Positions 11,701 to 23,399 of a stretch of DNA of 57,039 nt are shown here, one piece after another. The DNA is from Octopus bimaculoides. Its lineage: Eukaryota. The notes beneath the pieces are model-generated. The model had not been told where the DNA came from. It did not search any database and saw nothing but the letters and a program-made list of their open reading frames with translations. Where the stretch lies: NCBI RefSeq assembly GCF_001194135.2, contig NC_068984.1:111696656-111753694 (forward strand), given 5' to 3'. Numbering within the stretch: the stretch's first letter is position 1; every line of letters starts with the position of its first letter. Both the position numbers and the translations under genes were made by a program.

Positions 11701-12293
11701 ACACACACACACACACATAAACATATACATGCATATATATATCATCATCATCATCCAGTGTTTTAAATCCAGGTTTTGTCCCTGTTAACAGGGGTGGCCA
11801 GATCTACTTCAATGCCATAGCTACTGAGGTAGGCAGGTGTAGCCAACCCCAACCTTTGGGCAGGCTGGCTGGTGCCCATTCTCCTTTGCTATCATAAGGC
11901 TTTTTGAAGCTGGATTTTCTAATGGGAGCATGCCCTCGCCTACCCCCCAACCTCAGTTTCTAGACATGAGTGGTCCCAAGACCAAGGCCTCTATCATGAT
12001 TTTTAAGAAATGTGGTGGAAAACTAGCTCAGGAAGCCAAGGATGCTACTCTCTGAGACCCCTTTTGGAGGCTCCTGCTCTATATATATATTTATTTCTTT
12101 ATTGCCAACAGGGGGTTAAACATAGAGAGGACAAACAAAGGGATTAAGCCGATAACATCGACCCCAGTGTGTAACTGGTACTTATTTAATCGACCCTGAA
12201 AGGACGAAAGATAAATTCGACCTCAGCAGAATTTGAACTCAGNNNNNNNNNNATATATATATATATATATATGTATATATATGTATATGTATG

Positions 12294-12325
<32 letters not shown>

Positions 12326-12334
12326 TGTATAAAT

Positions 12335-12493
12335 GCAACGGATTTCCTTCAGTTTCTGCCAACCGAATCCACCCACAAAGCCTCGGTCAACTAAAGGCTA
12401 TAGTAAAAAACGCTTGCCCAAGGTGCTACACAGCGACAGTGAACCTGAAACCATGTGGTTGGGAAGCAAGCTTCTTACCACACAGCCATGTCT
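12335..12493 (-). mobile_element. SINE family A, head half
   Basis: CTTGCCCAAGGTGC...CCATGTGGTTGGGAAGCAAGCTTCTTACCACACAGCCA. Confidence 0.8.
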
Positions 12494-13129
12494 GTGGATA
12501 TGTGTATTATCTATGTGTACTTTTTTTTCCCTGGGTTGTCTTGGTTTTGTTATTATTTCCTCAATTATATGTACCTAAAATCAAAGATTGCCAATATCCT
12601 TATAACAGAACCTAGGTTTTAGATTTATCGTAACTATCTTCAGAAAATATGTGTAAATTTTGTGAAACCAAATTATTTCTTGCAATGTTTGAATATGTGT
12701 CTTGTTTTAATTAAAGCTACTGTCTTAATTATATGTCTAGCCATTCAGTTCGATATGTTTACAAAGGTCAACAGCATGGATGTAGATATTTACAAATCTA
12801 ATCAATAGAGACAGAATGAAATGTGGAATAAAAAAAAAATTAAATTAAAAGTCAAAGAAATCCAATGAAAACAGATTTATTCAATAAAGGGCAGAGAGAG
12901 CAGGAGATATGTACTTACTATTTGATACTTATTTATTTTTGCTCTATAATATATTGCGTCACCAAAAAAATTGGTTGAAAGAGATTTTCTATTTATATAC
13001 CATCCCTGAATTGTTTAACCAATTCATTTTTTCAATCTCAGATTGATTTTATTTGTTAGAAGTATTTCTGAAATCTACTGAAGTAAAATTTCATCACCAG
13101 GGTTCCATGATGAATTCCATCATCATACA

Positions 13130-13490
13130 TCTGTTTTCCATGCTAGTATGGGGCTGGATGGTTTGCACCAGCATGTGCACATTTACCAGGTCCCAACCTG
13201 ATTTAGCTTGATTTCTATGGCTGGATGCCCTTTCTAATACCAACCACCTGTAGAGGAAGCTTTACTAAGGCACGGGGCTGCCCCCTCTCCTGAAGTTTCT
13301 GGCTTTGTGCTAGAATTTGAAACCATTAAATGATCACAATGTTGAATCCATACCTTTCTAAGTGAATCAAAGAAAGCTCTGGATGCTTTTAACATGGCAC
13401 CAGCATATGCAATTTTACATGGTTCCGGCAGGAGTACTTTTTACGTGGCACCAGCACAAGACTCTTGCAGGCCAATTCTCTTCACCATGT
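13130..13490 (-). mobile_element. RTE 3'-UTR-type repeat split by a 136-bp locally copied insert
   Basis: TTTTCCATGCTAGTATGGG...CTGGATGCCCTTTCTAATACCAACC, insert, TTTTAACATGGCACCAGC...CTCTTGCAGGCC (compare 8710). Confidence 0.7.
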
Positions 13491-14179
13491 GATGCAGCCT
13501 AATTATAGAGTAGAATCCATAGCATGTGTCTGAGAAATGCATAATTGTCCCATGCCTAGCCTATTTTCTATAAATTTGCTTATTTGCGCTTATATAAGAA
13601 ACAAACAAATTGAAATGCTTAGTAAAAGGAAAGCCAGTCAATGGATGGTGTTCCAAAATTAATAGCTTAGTCTGCTTAACAGAGATTTCATTAAAGGATC
13701 GCAATCTCAGGGCAGTGAGCAAGCTGAATTGTTGGCACACCAGGCAAAGTATTTTGTCTCTCTTTGTGCTCTGAGTTCAAATCCTACTGCAGTCGACTTT
13801 ACCTTTCATTCTTTAGGGGTCAATAAAATAAGTACCAGCTTATCACTGGGATTGATATAATCAACTTGCCCCCTCCCCTGAAGTTTCTGGCCTTGTGCTA
13901 GAATTTGAAATCATTAATGTTGAATCCATACCTTTCTAAGTGAATCAAAGAAAGCCCTGGATGCCCCATGCCTTAATAAAGCTTCCTCTATAGCTCTTAT
14001 AATTTGTTCTTAATTAAGAGAGAAAGAAACTGAAATGTTGCGTTGAAACTCAGATGAGGATATTTCAGAATTAATGTTTATTTCTGGACAAGCTTGAATA
14101 CCATTGTTATGTAGCTTAAACACTATTGTCATCTTGATAATAACAGTGAATTTTAATTCATTTACACCTTATATTCGTT

Positions 14180-14850
14180 TCTACTCCCAGGCACAAATGC
14201 CCAAAATTTTTGGGGTAAGGAGCCAGTATGCAACTGGTAGTTAATTTATCAATCCCGAAAGGATGAAAAGCAAAGTAGACCTCGGTGGAATTTGAACTCA
14301 GAACGTAGCAGCAGACGAAATACCGCTAAGCATTTCACTTGGCGTGCTAATGATTCTTATTTCTTTATTTGCTCATAAGGGGCTAAACATGAAGGGGGCA
14401 AACAAGAACAGACAAAGGGATTAATTCGATTACATCAACCCCAGTGTGTAACTGGTACTTAATTTATCGACCCCAAAAGGATGAAAGGCTAAGTCAACCA
14501 TGGTGGAATTTGAACTCAGAACGTAGCAACAGATGAAATATCGCTAAGCATTTTGCCTGGCATGCTAACGATTCTGCCAGCACACCATCTTCACTCCTTT
14601 ACACAACATAGAACGCTTGCCTCTTATACTATTTATTTAGATTCATATTGGTTTCGAATTTTGGCACAAGGCCAGCAATTTTGAAGAAGTGGGTAAGTCA
14701 ATTACCTCGACTCTAGTGCTCGACTGGTACATATTTTTATCAAGCCTGAAAGATAAATTTGACCCTGGCAGAATTTGAACTCAGAACTTAATGAGGGACA
14801 AAATGCCATTAAACATTTTTTTCTAGTATGCTAGTAATTCCACCAGCCTT
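14180..14850 (-). mobile_element. Three adjacent SINE B copies (14180-14360, 14365-14590, 14650-14850)
   Basis: Three repeats of GAAAGGATGAAAG...GGAATTTGAACTCAGAAC with different tails. Confidence 0.8.
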
Positions 14851-15129
14851 ATAGGTTTTAGAATGCTATTACATATAGCTACATGTTACTGTTATTTTCT
14901 TCTACACATTCATTGCGCATATTTGTTTCATTTTCTGTCTGTGCTTCAAATGAAATATTTGGTGTATTTTTTGAGGATTTTATATATTTTCTTGTGTTTA
15001 TATCAATATAAATTTGTTAAATACTTTTTTTACCCTTTCTAACTGGTTCCAAATTAACACTGTATAAATAATTCCTCACATGCATTTACAAAATTCTTAC
15101 CAATGCTGTTTTCAAATTGTGACTCTGTT

Positions 15130-15165
<36 letters not shown>

Positions 15166-15534
15166 CATATATAAATACAATATATAAATACATGCATACA
15201 TACATACATACAAATGCACACATATATATATATATATATATGTAATGTAGTGAAATATGGAGTCATGTGGCTATCACAGAAAGCTCCTCTAGGGAGTTTT
15301 TTTTTTTTTCCAATGTGCCAGGGACCGGTAATATTTCTTTCTTTTCTGGAAACTCGCTGCATACTGGCAGCTGATGGCTCATGGACTGGCACCGGTCCAT
15401 GGACCACCACTTTGAGTAGCACTAGGGGACTCAGCTATTATACCACAGGGTAATCCAGTATAGGAGAGTATAAATTAGAGCTCCATGCAGCAGAAATTCA
15501 AAAGATCTTATTAATAAAATTATTCCATGAGGAA

Positions 15535-15953
15535 TATATAAGCCATATAAAATCAGAAGTTATGAGAGGTGAATATATTTATTTAACTACTTGACATTCT
15601 TAGGATTATGGCCATTTCACAACCTTCCTCATGTAATAAAATTATGTTTATATGTCTGTATTGATATTCATGCTATCATTATACAGCACAATTGCATATT
15701 CAATTCTAGATTTGAATTTTTGGTGATCTGATGGGCTAGCTTTCTTTATTTCCATTTATATCTGAATAGATAATTGTATTGTATAATGCATGGCATGTAT
15801 ATTAGTGCAGACATGTAAACATAGTTTATTATACACTGAAATTATTATTACATGAAGAAAGGCTGAGAAACCGCCATAATCCTAAGGATGTCAAGTGGTT
15901 AAATAAATATGTCCACCTCTCATACCACCTAAGATTTTATGGTTTATTCATAT
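15535..15953. repeat. Long inverted repeat (arms 15535-15638 and 15845-15953), probable old MITE
   Basis: TATGAGAGGTG..ATATTTATTTAAC.ACTTGACAT.CTTAGGATTATGGC is present in both orientations, roughly 85% identical by eye. Confidence 0.7.
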
Positions 15954-15971
15954 ACATACACACACATACAC

Positions 15972-16005
<34 letters not shown>

Positions 16006-16243
16006 NNNNNNNNNNNNNNNNNNNNNNNNNNNNNNNNNNNNNNNNNNNNNNNNNNNNNNNNNNNAATTTTTACAAGGAAAAGTTTGCCTGACTTCAAAAT
16101 TTCAGCTTGTTTGCCATCATGCCTTACCTCAGCTACTGCTTGATCAAATTGGAGCATTGGTTTTTTTTAGGTTCTTGTGAAAGGGACAAGTTCCAATGGT
16201 AAGGTAGTCAGTCTGCTGCCAACACTCACTGAGTCTCCTAGAG

Positions 16244-16458
16244 CAGTGCTACTCAAAGTGGTGGTCCACAGACTACCACTTTGTATTATTTGTTTGCAAA
16301 ATAAATTTAAGATAAAAAAAATTATCAACTTTTATTCTATTCATTATGCATATTGTTTACAGAATAAATTAATATTACAAAGAAATATTACCAGTCCCTG
16401 GCACATTGGAAAAAAAAAAACTGGCTGTATGCCACATCAGATAATTTGAGAAACACTG
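16244..16458. mobile_element. hAT (Charlie-like) MITE
   Basis: Ends CAGTGCTACTCAAA / TTTGAGAAACACTG; 8-bp TSD TCCTAGAG / CCCTAGAG (7/8). A related inverted copy lies at ~15250-15423. Confidence 0.8.
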
Positions 16459-16531
16459 CCCTAGAGTTCAAACCACACCAATAATACCTTCCATTTTCCT
16501 GAATTTGATAAAAACAAGTACTAGTCTACGT

Positions 16532-16792
16532 CAGGTGTTTTCAAACAGTGGTCTGCGGACCACAGGGGGTCCGCAAGGACAAGAGAGGGGGTCCGTGAAC
16601 AGTAAATACTTTTTATGAGCAATTTGATTTTATATATGTTTTTTAAGCGAAATCTTTTAATTGACAATAAACCAATTTGTTAAATACTGTTAAATAAATA
16701 AATGTAAAAATATATGTTATTTATAAGGGGGTCCCTAAGGTAAAGCCTGAAATATAAAGGGGTCCGCAAGTCAAAAAGTTTGAAAACCCCTG
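16532..16792. mobile_element. hAT (Charlie-like) MITE with perfect 8-bp TSD
   Basis: TIR CAGGTGTTTTCAAAC / GTTTGAAAACCCCTG (14/15); GTCTACGT at 16524-31 and 16793-800; subterminal GGGGTCCG motifs. Confidence 0.92.
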
Positions 16793-17696
16793 GTCTACGT
16801 ACTGAAGTCAATGATATCAGTAAACTCACATCCCTAAAGATCACTGCTCTTGTACTTAAATCTGAAACAATATTTCCAATAAGGACTTTTGTACTTCATT
16901 ACATTTCCTTCATTCAGTTCTATATTCTTTCATTCTCATATTATTAATTCCTCATTATATTCTTCCTTATTTCTTCATGCATAAACTCTGTCCTTTTTCT
17001 TCCTGATTCTTCTAAAGGTCATTATTTTAGTTTTGCTTAATTACATTAAAAATCTTATTGGGTGTCAGTTCCTGAAAGTGTACTTTACTTATAGAAATCT
17101 TTCATGTCTTTTGGAATCATCCAATACCCTCTACTTTGACTTGAATTAGTTCCTTCTGTGCTTCTCTTCTGGGTCGTTGTTGTTTTTCATTTTCATCATC
17201 AACTTCATGTTTCCAACTTCATGTTTTCATCTTCTCTCCCTCTTCTTTCTTCTTCTTCTTCTTCTTCTTATGTTCTTCTTTATAATCTTATCTTATCACT
17301 TTATCTTCTTCATAATCTTATCTATTTATCTTTTCTTCTTCTTCTTTTTCTATTTTTTTTTTAACACAAACAGAATTTATCAGAGTGTTTAAACAGTGTT
17401 TTTCGAACGAACACATTTCATGTATATTTATTGTTTTAGAAGACAGCAATGTCTTACCTTACCTCTAATGTCATCACTGATACTGCTTTCTATGATGGCT
17501 TTTCTTGCTAATGTTTGGGTTTCTAAAATCCTATATTTGGTGATGCTTGGTATTTCAACAGACACTCAACAGGCCTCAACATTTATTACAGTAACCCAAT
17601 TCTTTACCAAGAATTTTCTTGGAGATTTATGCTTTGGTTACAAACTATTTATTTTCAAATTAATATTTTTGTAATTGTCTCTATATTATAAGCGTT

Positions 17697-17905
17697 TCAT
17701 ATTTTGGCACAAGGCCAGCAATTTCGGGTGAGCAGGTAAGTTGATTAGACCTACCCCAGCGCTCAACTGCTATTTATTTTCTTGACTCTGAAAGGATGAA
17801 AGACAAAATCGACCCCAGGTCATTTGAACTCAGAATATAAAGTTGGAAGAAATGTTGCTAATCAATTTGTCTGACACAGTACCAATTCTGCCAGTTCTCT
17901 GCCTT
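17697..17905 (-). mobile_element. SINE family B, tail T3
   Basis: TTTTGGCACAAGGCCAGCAATTT...ATTTGAACTCAGAA...AATTCTGCCAG. Similar copies lie at 11230-11525, 19340-19550, 19845-20150 and 43855-44065. Confidence 0.75.
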
Positions 17906-18713
17906 AAATCTTTATAATAATAGCAGACATAAATACTGGTTAATTGCTTAGTTCGTTAAAATTCCTAGTCATGCTTTACATCTTATAGAGAGAGAGTAAA
18001 AGAGGAGCTAACATAAACAGTGTAGGAAGAAGGCACATACTAGGTATTGTGGCAGGCAATGAGTGAATGAATGCCATAAAGACACTCTTTGAAGGAGAAA
18101 GAATTATAGAAGCAAAAGAGAAGAGGGAATACATGTGTGAGTGGAGTGAGAGAGTGGCAGGGTACGAACTGCCATAATATCAAATCAATATGGAAAGTAA
18201 TTTTGTTTCCAATTTTTTATTTTATTTTACTTTTTCAGTATTGCTTCATTTATTTTCGTTTCATTTTGCTTTTGAAAATAAATATTCATAGCAGCATTTT
18301 GTATAAGTACCAATAGATCGGATAAAAGTTGAATTATAATTATGTACGTGTCCCATATTTCCTGATATGCCCCATGTAAGAAAAAGTAATAGTTACCAAA
18401 GTTACTCACAGTACAAAGAGTAACACTGTAGTATATGTGTGTGTGTATGTTAATCACTAATGATTCGTGGCTAACATAGCTGATAGTATTCCTGATGATG
18501 TGAGATATGTATTGTTTTAAACTAATTAAATTAGAATTTAGTTTTCATAAATTGTGTACCTTAATTAGATAAATATAGAATTAATAACACTTATTCTTAA
18601 TGAAACAGCTGTTGAAATTAATTAGATTATGATCTTTCTGTGAAATTTATTCTTTTATTCTTTTCCACATTTTAGTCTAAATGAACATTACTCCTGTGGA
18701 TTGTTTTAATCTA

Positions 18714-18752
<39 letters not shown>

Positions 18753-18769
18753 TATCTTTTTTCTTTTAC

Positions 18770-19075
18770 TTATTTCAGTTGTGAGACTGCAGCCATGCTG
18801 AGGCTCCACCTTCAAGAATTTTTAGTCAAATGAATCATTTGCTGAACTGCTAAGTTATGGGGATGTAAGCACATCAAGACCAGTTGTCAAGCACTTAACA
18901 AAACTGATACACACACACACACACACATACATACATACAATGGGCCTCTTTTAGTTTCCGTCTACCAAATCCAGTCACAAAGATTTGGTTAGCATGAGGC
19001 TATATTAGAAGATACTTGCTCAAGGTGCCATGCAGAGGAACTGAATCCAGAATCATATAGTTGGGAAGCAAGCTT
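18770..19075 (-). mobile_element. SINE family A, CpG-decayed copy
   Basis: Tail, (CA)n and head present on the minus strand; CpG positions read TG/CA. Confidence 0.75.
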
Positions 19076-21159
19076 TTAAAATTGCATTTGTTTGCATATA
19101 ATTTTCATATCATCATCATCATCATCATCATCAGGGTTCACAGCAGGCTCCATTGTCTGTTCTGGCTCGGTTTCTACAGTTGGTTGCTCTTCCTAATGCC
19201 AACCATTCAATAGAGTGAACTGGGTAACGTGGCATTAACAATATACCACATTATAGAATAGACTATATTATTGAGTTTTTAACAACATTTATCTATATAT
19301 GATTTCAATAACACTGATTATTTGCTCTTAAAATTTTGGTTTTAAATTTTGGCACAAATCCAGCAACATTGTGGAAGGGAGTTAGTTGATTACCTCAACC
19401 CCATTGCTCAACTGGTACTTATTTTATCGACCCCAAAATGATGAAAGGCATATTTGACTTTGGTGGAATTTGAACTCAGAATGTAAAGACAGACAAAATG
19501 TCGCTAAACATTCTGCCAAATGTGCTAATGATTCTGCCAGCTTGCCAAATAATTAGCTCTCAATTTTGGTAAAAGGCCAGAAATTCTGACAGTAATAAAA
19601 AAAAATGGTTACATTCTTGCATCATGCCAACTCATAAGGACCGGTTTCCTGATTTCCATGGAGTATAAATTCCCCACCTGGATAGGATGCTAGTCCATTG
19701 CAGGATTACTGAGTGGACTGGAGCAACAGTTAATGAAGTGCTTTGCTCAAGAACACAATGCATCACCCAGTCCAGGAATTGAAACCACAATCTTCCGATC
19801 ATTAATCCAACACCCTAACCCCTAAGCCATGCACCTCTACTAATTTTGGAGGTGGGAGTAAGTCAATTACATCAACCCCAGTGCTTAACTGGTACTTATT
19901 TTACTGACCTCGAAAGGATGAAAGCCAAAGTCAACGTCAGTGGAATTTGAACCCAGAATGCCAACGCTAACAAATTGTCATCTAGCATTTTACCCAGAAT
20001 GCTAATGGTTCTGCCAGCTCACTGCCTTATTTACCCTTAAAATAAGGGGTCGAAATTTTGGCACAAAGCCAGCAATTTCAGAGTAGGGGCTAAATCCATT
20101 ATATCAAGCCCCAGTACTCAACTGGTACCTATCATGTCGACCCCCCACCCCAAAAAAATGGTATTATGTAAATAAGGAGTTTTCTCAAATTTATGACTAG
20201 ATATTCAGTTTTACTGAGGAAGGGTGGGGGGGGTGAGGTATTTTCTTTTCTTTTTTTTATAAGAAGAGATCATTTCTCTCTTCTGTCGTTCTGCATTGTT
20301 CTTCAGTTTTTGAAATTTTAGTTATGAAGCATTCTTGCTCCTTCTGATGCATATTTGTTTGTACAAATTTCTCATATTATTATTATTATTATGCTCCTCA
20401 TTATTTTTGCTGTTGTCGCTGTTGTTATTGCTGTTGTTGTTTTTTTGGTTTTGTTTTATCATTACCCGCGACCGTTTCGTGTTTTACTGCAAGATTCAAG
20501 ATTTCATGTGTTTTCTCAATTAGTTTCCTCACTTCGTTTTCTCTTACTTTTTAGTCTGCCTGTTAAGAAGAATATGCATGCGTATGTGTTTGTTTGTTTG
20601 TTTGTATAAGCTTATGTGTACAACTGCATATATGTGTATCCGTGTCTGCCTACGTACGCGTATATGAATATCACGAATATGTGTGCTGTGTGAGTTAGTG
20701 AGCATATTTGCTTCTCAAATGTTTTGTTCGCGGTACATACTACTCTTTATCATATTGTGTTTGTGTTACTTCTCTGCCGTGTTATGCAAATACAATATGA
20801 CTCTATACAAGACTTCGCACAGCAGTTTCTTATTGTTTTCATTTATGCATTGACGTCTGAACAATTAGAGTCGGATGTAGTTGTTTCAGAATTTAACTCA
20901 TGTGGTGCTGATGGTGGTAGTGGGGAGCCTTATTTTTTTTTTTATCAGGAGCAGTTCAATAAAATGGCTTCTGGTTTAAAATGATTCCTAGGGCAATTAA
21001 ATGACAATATCCATTCCTCATAGAAAGGTGACCTTGGTTATCGTCTTCATATCATTATTATTATCAATTTTACTATTATTATTATTATTATTATTATTAT
21101 CATTATTATTATTATTATCATTATTATCATTATTATTATTATTATTATTATTACTATTA

Positions 21160-21378
21160 TCGAGGCAGTGAGCTGGCAGAATCATTAGTATGCCATGTGA
21201 AATGCTTAGTGGTATTTCGCCCATCACTACGTTCTGAGTTCAAATTCCGCTAAGGCCAACTTTACCATTCATCCTTTTGGGGTCAGTAAATTAAGTACCC
21301 GTAAAACAGTGGCATCAATGTAATCAACCGTCCCTCTTCCCCAAATTTCAGACCCTGTGCCTATAGTAGAAAGGATTA
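21160..21378 (+). mobile_element. SINE family B, tail T2, inside (ATT)n
   Basis: GAGGCAGTGAGCTGGCAGAATC...CCCAAATTTCAGACCCTGTGCCTATAGTAGAAAGGATTATT. Confidence 0.85.
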
Positions 21379-21394
21379 TTATTCTTATTATTAT

Positions 21395-21426
<32 letters not shown>

Positions 21427-21811
21427 ATGCAAGTATGCTGGCACAATTGTTAAATGCTTAGGGCACAATGCTTAGCGGCATTTCATCCATCTTTACATTC
21501 TGAGTTCAAATTCTGCCAAGGTCAACTTTGCCTTTCATCCTTTCAGGGTTGATAAAATAAGTACCAGTTGAACAATGGGGATCGATGTAATAAACTTAAC
21601 TTCTCCCCATAATTCCTGCTCTCGTGCCAAAATTTGTAACCAATTACTGCCAAAGTCGACTTGCCTCTTATCCTGTTGATGTCGATGAACATAAGTACCA
21701 GTTGAGCACTGGGGTCGATGTAAGCAACTAATTCCCTCCCATTAAATTTCTGACCTTGTGTCTGGATTATTATTATTATTATTATTATGATTATTATTAT
21801 TATTATTATTA

Positions 21812-22168
21812 TTACCTCTGCCTTAGCAAAGGCAGAGGTATAGTTTCCAGTTGTGTTTGTCTGTTTGTTTGTCTGCCCATGGACAAGATATCTCAAGAAC
21901 CGCTGGATGGATTCAGATGAAACTTTCAGGGATGTTTGACCTCATGATTGGCACAAACTGATTAGATTTTGAGACAAGGATTGTGGATCATTTTTCCTGT
22001 TTCTTTACTTAATTTTTGAGAGTGGTCAGGTTCATTTTTAGTATTCTCGTTTGTGAGAGCAATTGAGTTTATTTCAGATATTCTCATTTTAAAATCATCT
22101 CTGGCTAACCGTTGACAGGACGTTGGTGTTGCCTTGGTGGAGGTTTGCACTCCCTGAATGCTCTTGTA
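21812..22168 (+). mobile_element. Helentron-associated non-autonomous (HINE/DINE-1-like) element
   Basis: 5' palindrome ACCTCTGCCTT..AAGGCAGAGGT, (GTTT/GTCT)n, 3' subTIR CCTTGGTGGAGGT and terminal hairpin GCACTCCCTGAATGC; inserted in (ATT)n. Confidence 0.75.
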
Positions 22169-22212
22169 TGATTATTATTATTATTATTATTATCATTATT
22201 ATTATTATTATT

Positions 22213-23272
22213 CATATACACACAACAGATTAGACAGTTGGAAAAGAAAACTTTCTAACATCGGGCTACAACAAGTAACTAACCTCAGATGCCAAAAACC
22301 CTCTAAAATATCCTAGCTGTCCCTAATAACACTGTTTTCTGCAGCTGTACTAAACTGGGTTTTATGCCTATTTCCTATATTCAGCTGTTCAAATCTGTAG
22401 GGATAGTCCCCAGTGTACCTATAACTGCTGAGATACATTTTATCCACACTTTCCATAGTTTCTGTAATTCAATGGCTAGGTCCTGTTGCTCTGTTATTTT
22501 TTCTATACCTCTCAAATTAATTTTTTCATCATGTGGGAGTGAAAAATTAATTATCTGGCACTTTCTATTCTGTTTGTCTACTACTTCTAAATCAGGTCTT
22601 CTAGCTTCTATTAGTCTGTCAGTCTGAATGTTAAAGTCCCCCCACAACATGTTATAGTTCTTACTTTCTAGTACTTTACTAGATTCATGTTCACACCATT
22701 TATCAGTATGGTCAAATCCTAGCTTTCTACATAATACCCAGTGGATTACTCGCCCTAAGTTGTCATGTCTTTTCTTGTATTCTTTCTATGCCAGCATGCA
22801 AATTCCCTTACTATATGAGTAACACTTTCCTTTTTTGATTTGCATAACCTACATTGGGAATCTACTTGGTTTTTCTCTATCTTGGCTTGTATTCTATTAG
22901 TCCTTAACGCTTGATTTTGTGCTGCTACAAACGAACTTTCTGTCTCTCTTTTCAGCCTTCTTTTCTGCAACCAGAAATGAGATATGGCTAATATCTCACT
23001 GCTACTATTTGTTGCAGCTATCTTTGGGAATCTACCATGCAAAGCGCCTTCTCCTACCAGTAAGTTAAATTTTGATTTTTGTTTTTTTTTGTTTTTAACT
23101 TCGTTTGGCCTTTTGGTTTCCTTATGTCTTGCTGTGACTCTAGCAGCTTGTAATAAGCTTTCTTCACTATTACCTACATAGGAATCTATATCTACTCTAG
23201 CTAACTCAACGCAATCTTCTGCTGATATTAACCCTCTTCCACCTTCCTTTGTAAGTAGGTATAATCTTGCCA
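22213..23272 (-). pseudogene. R4/Dong-clade retrotransposon, ~1-kb 3' portion (CCHC knuckle plus RLE)
   Basis: RLYLLTKEGGRGL..LHGRF..WLQKRRLKRETES..AAQNQALRTN..CRLCKSKKESVTHI; WGDFNIQTDRLIEARRPDLEVVD..EKITEQQDLAIELQKLW; LQKTVLLGTAR. The 3' end joins (TAA)n and the 5' end joins (AAG)n. Confidence 0.9.
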
Positions 23273-23365
23273 TTCTTCTTCTTCTTCTTCTTCTTCTTCT
23301 TCTTCTTCTTCTTCTTCTTCTTCTTCTTCTTCTTCCTCTTCCTCTTCTTCTTCTTCTTCTTCTTC
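23272..23365. repeat. (CTT)n tract at the 5' junction of the R4-like element
   Basis: Read directly. Confidence 0.95.
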
Positions 23366-23399
23366 TCATCATCATCTTTGTCATTATTACTATTACTAA

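Noticed and set aside
11780-12075. GC-richer segment resembling a retroelement UTR (also 4940-5160)
   Set aside because: No second copy, termini or motif in the window to support a call.
15450-15570. Exon-like frame GEYKLELHAAEIQKILLIKLFHEEYISHIKSEVMR with donor GAG|GTGAAT
   Set aside because: There is no polypyrimidine acceptor, and the donor lies inside an arm of the 15535-15953 inverted repeat.
17396-17674. Open frames on both strands near 17440-17600, including an in-frame TGA after Cys (EAC*VS)
   Set aside because: No consistent acceptor/donor pair, no recognisable family and no SECIS seen; selenoprotein speculation is unsupported.
21160-21378. Idea that SINE B is mobilised by the TAA-targeting R4-like LINEs
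   Set aside because: SINE B sense ends run into (ATT)n while R4 ends run into (AAT)n (the opposite strand), and no tail homology is visible.
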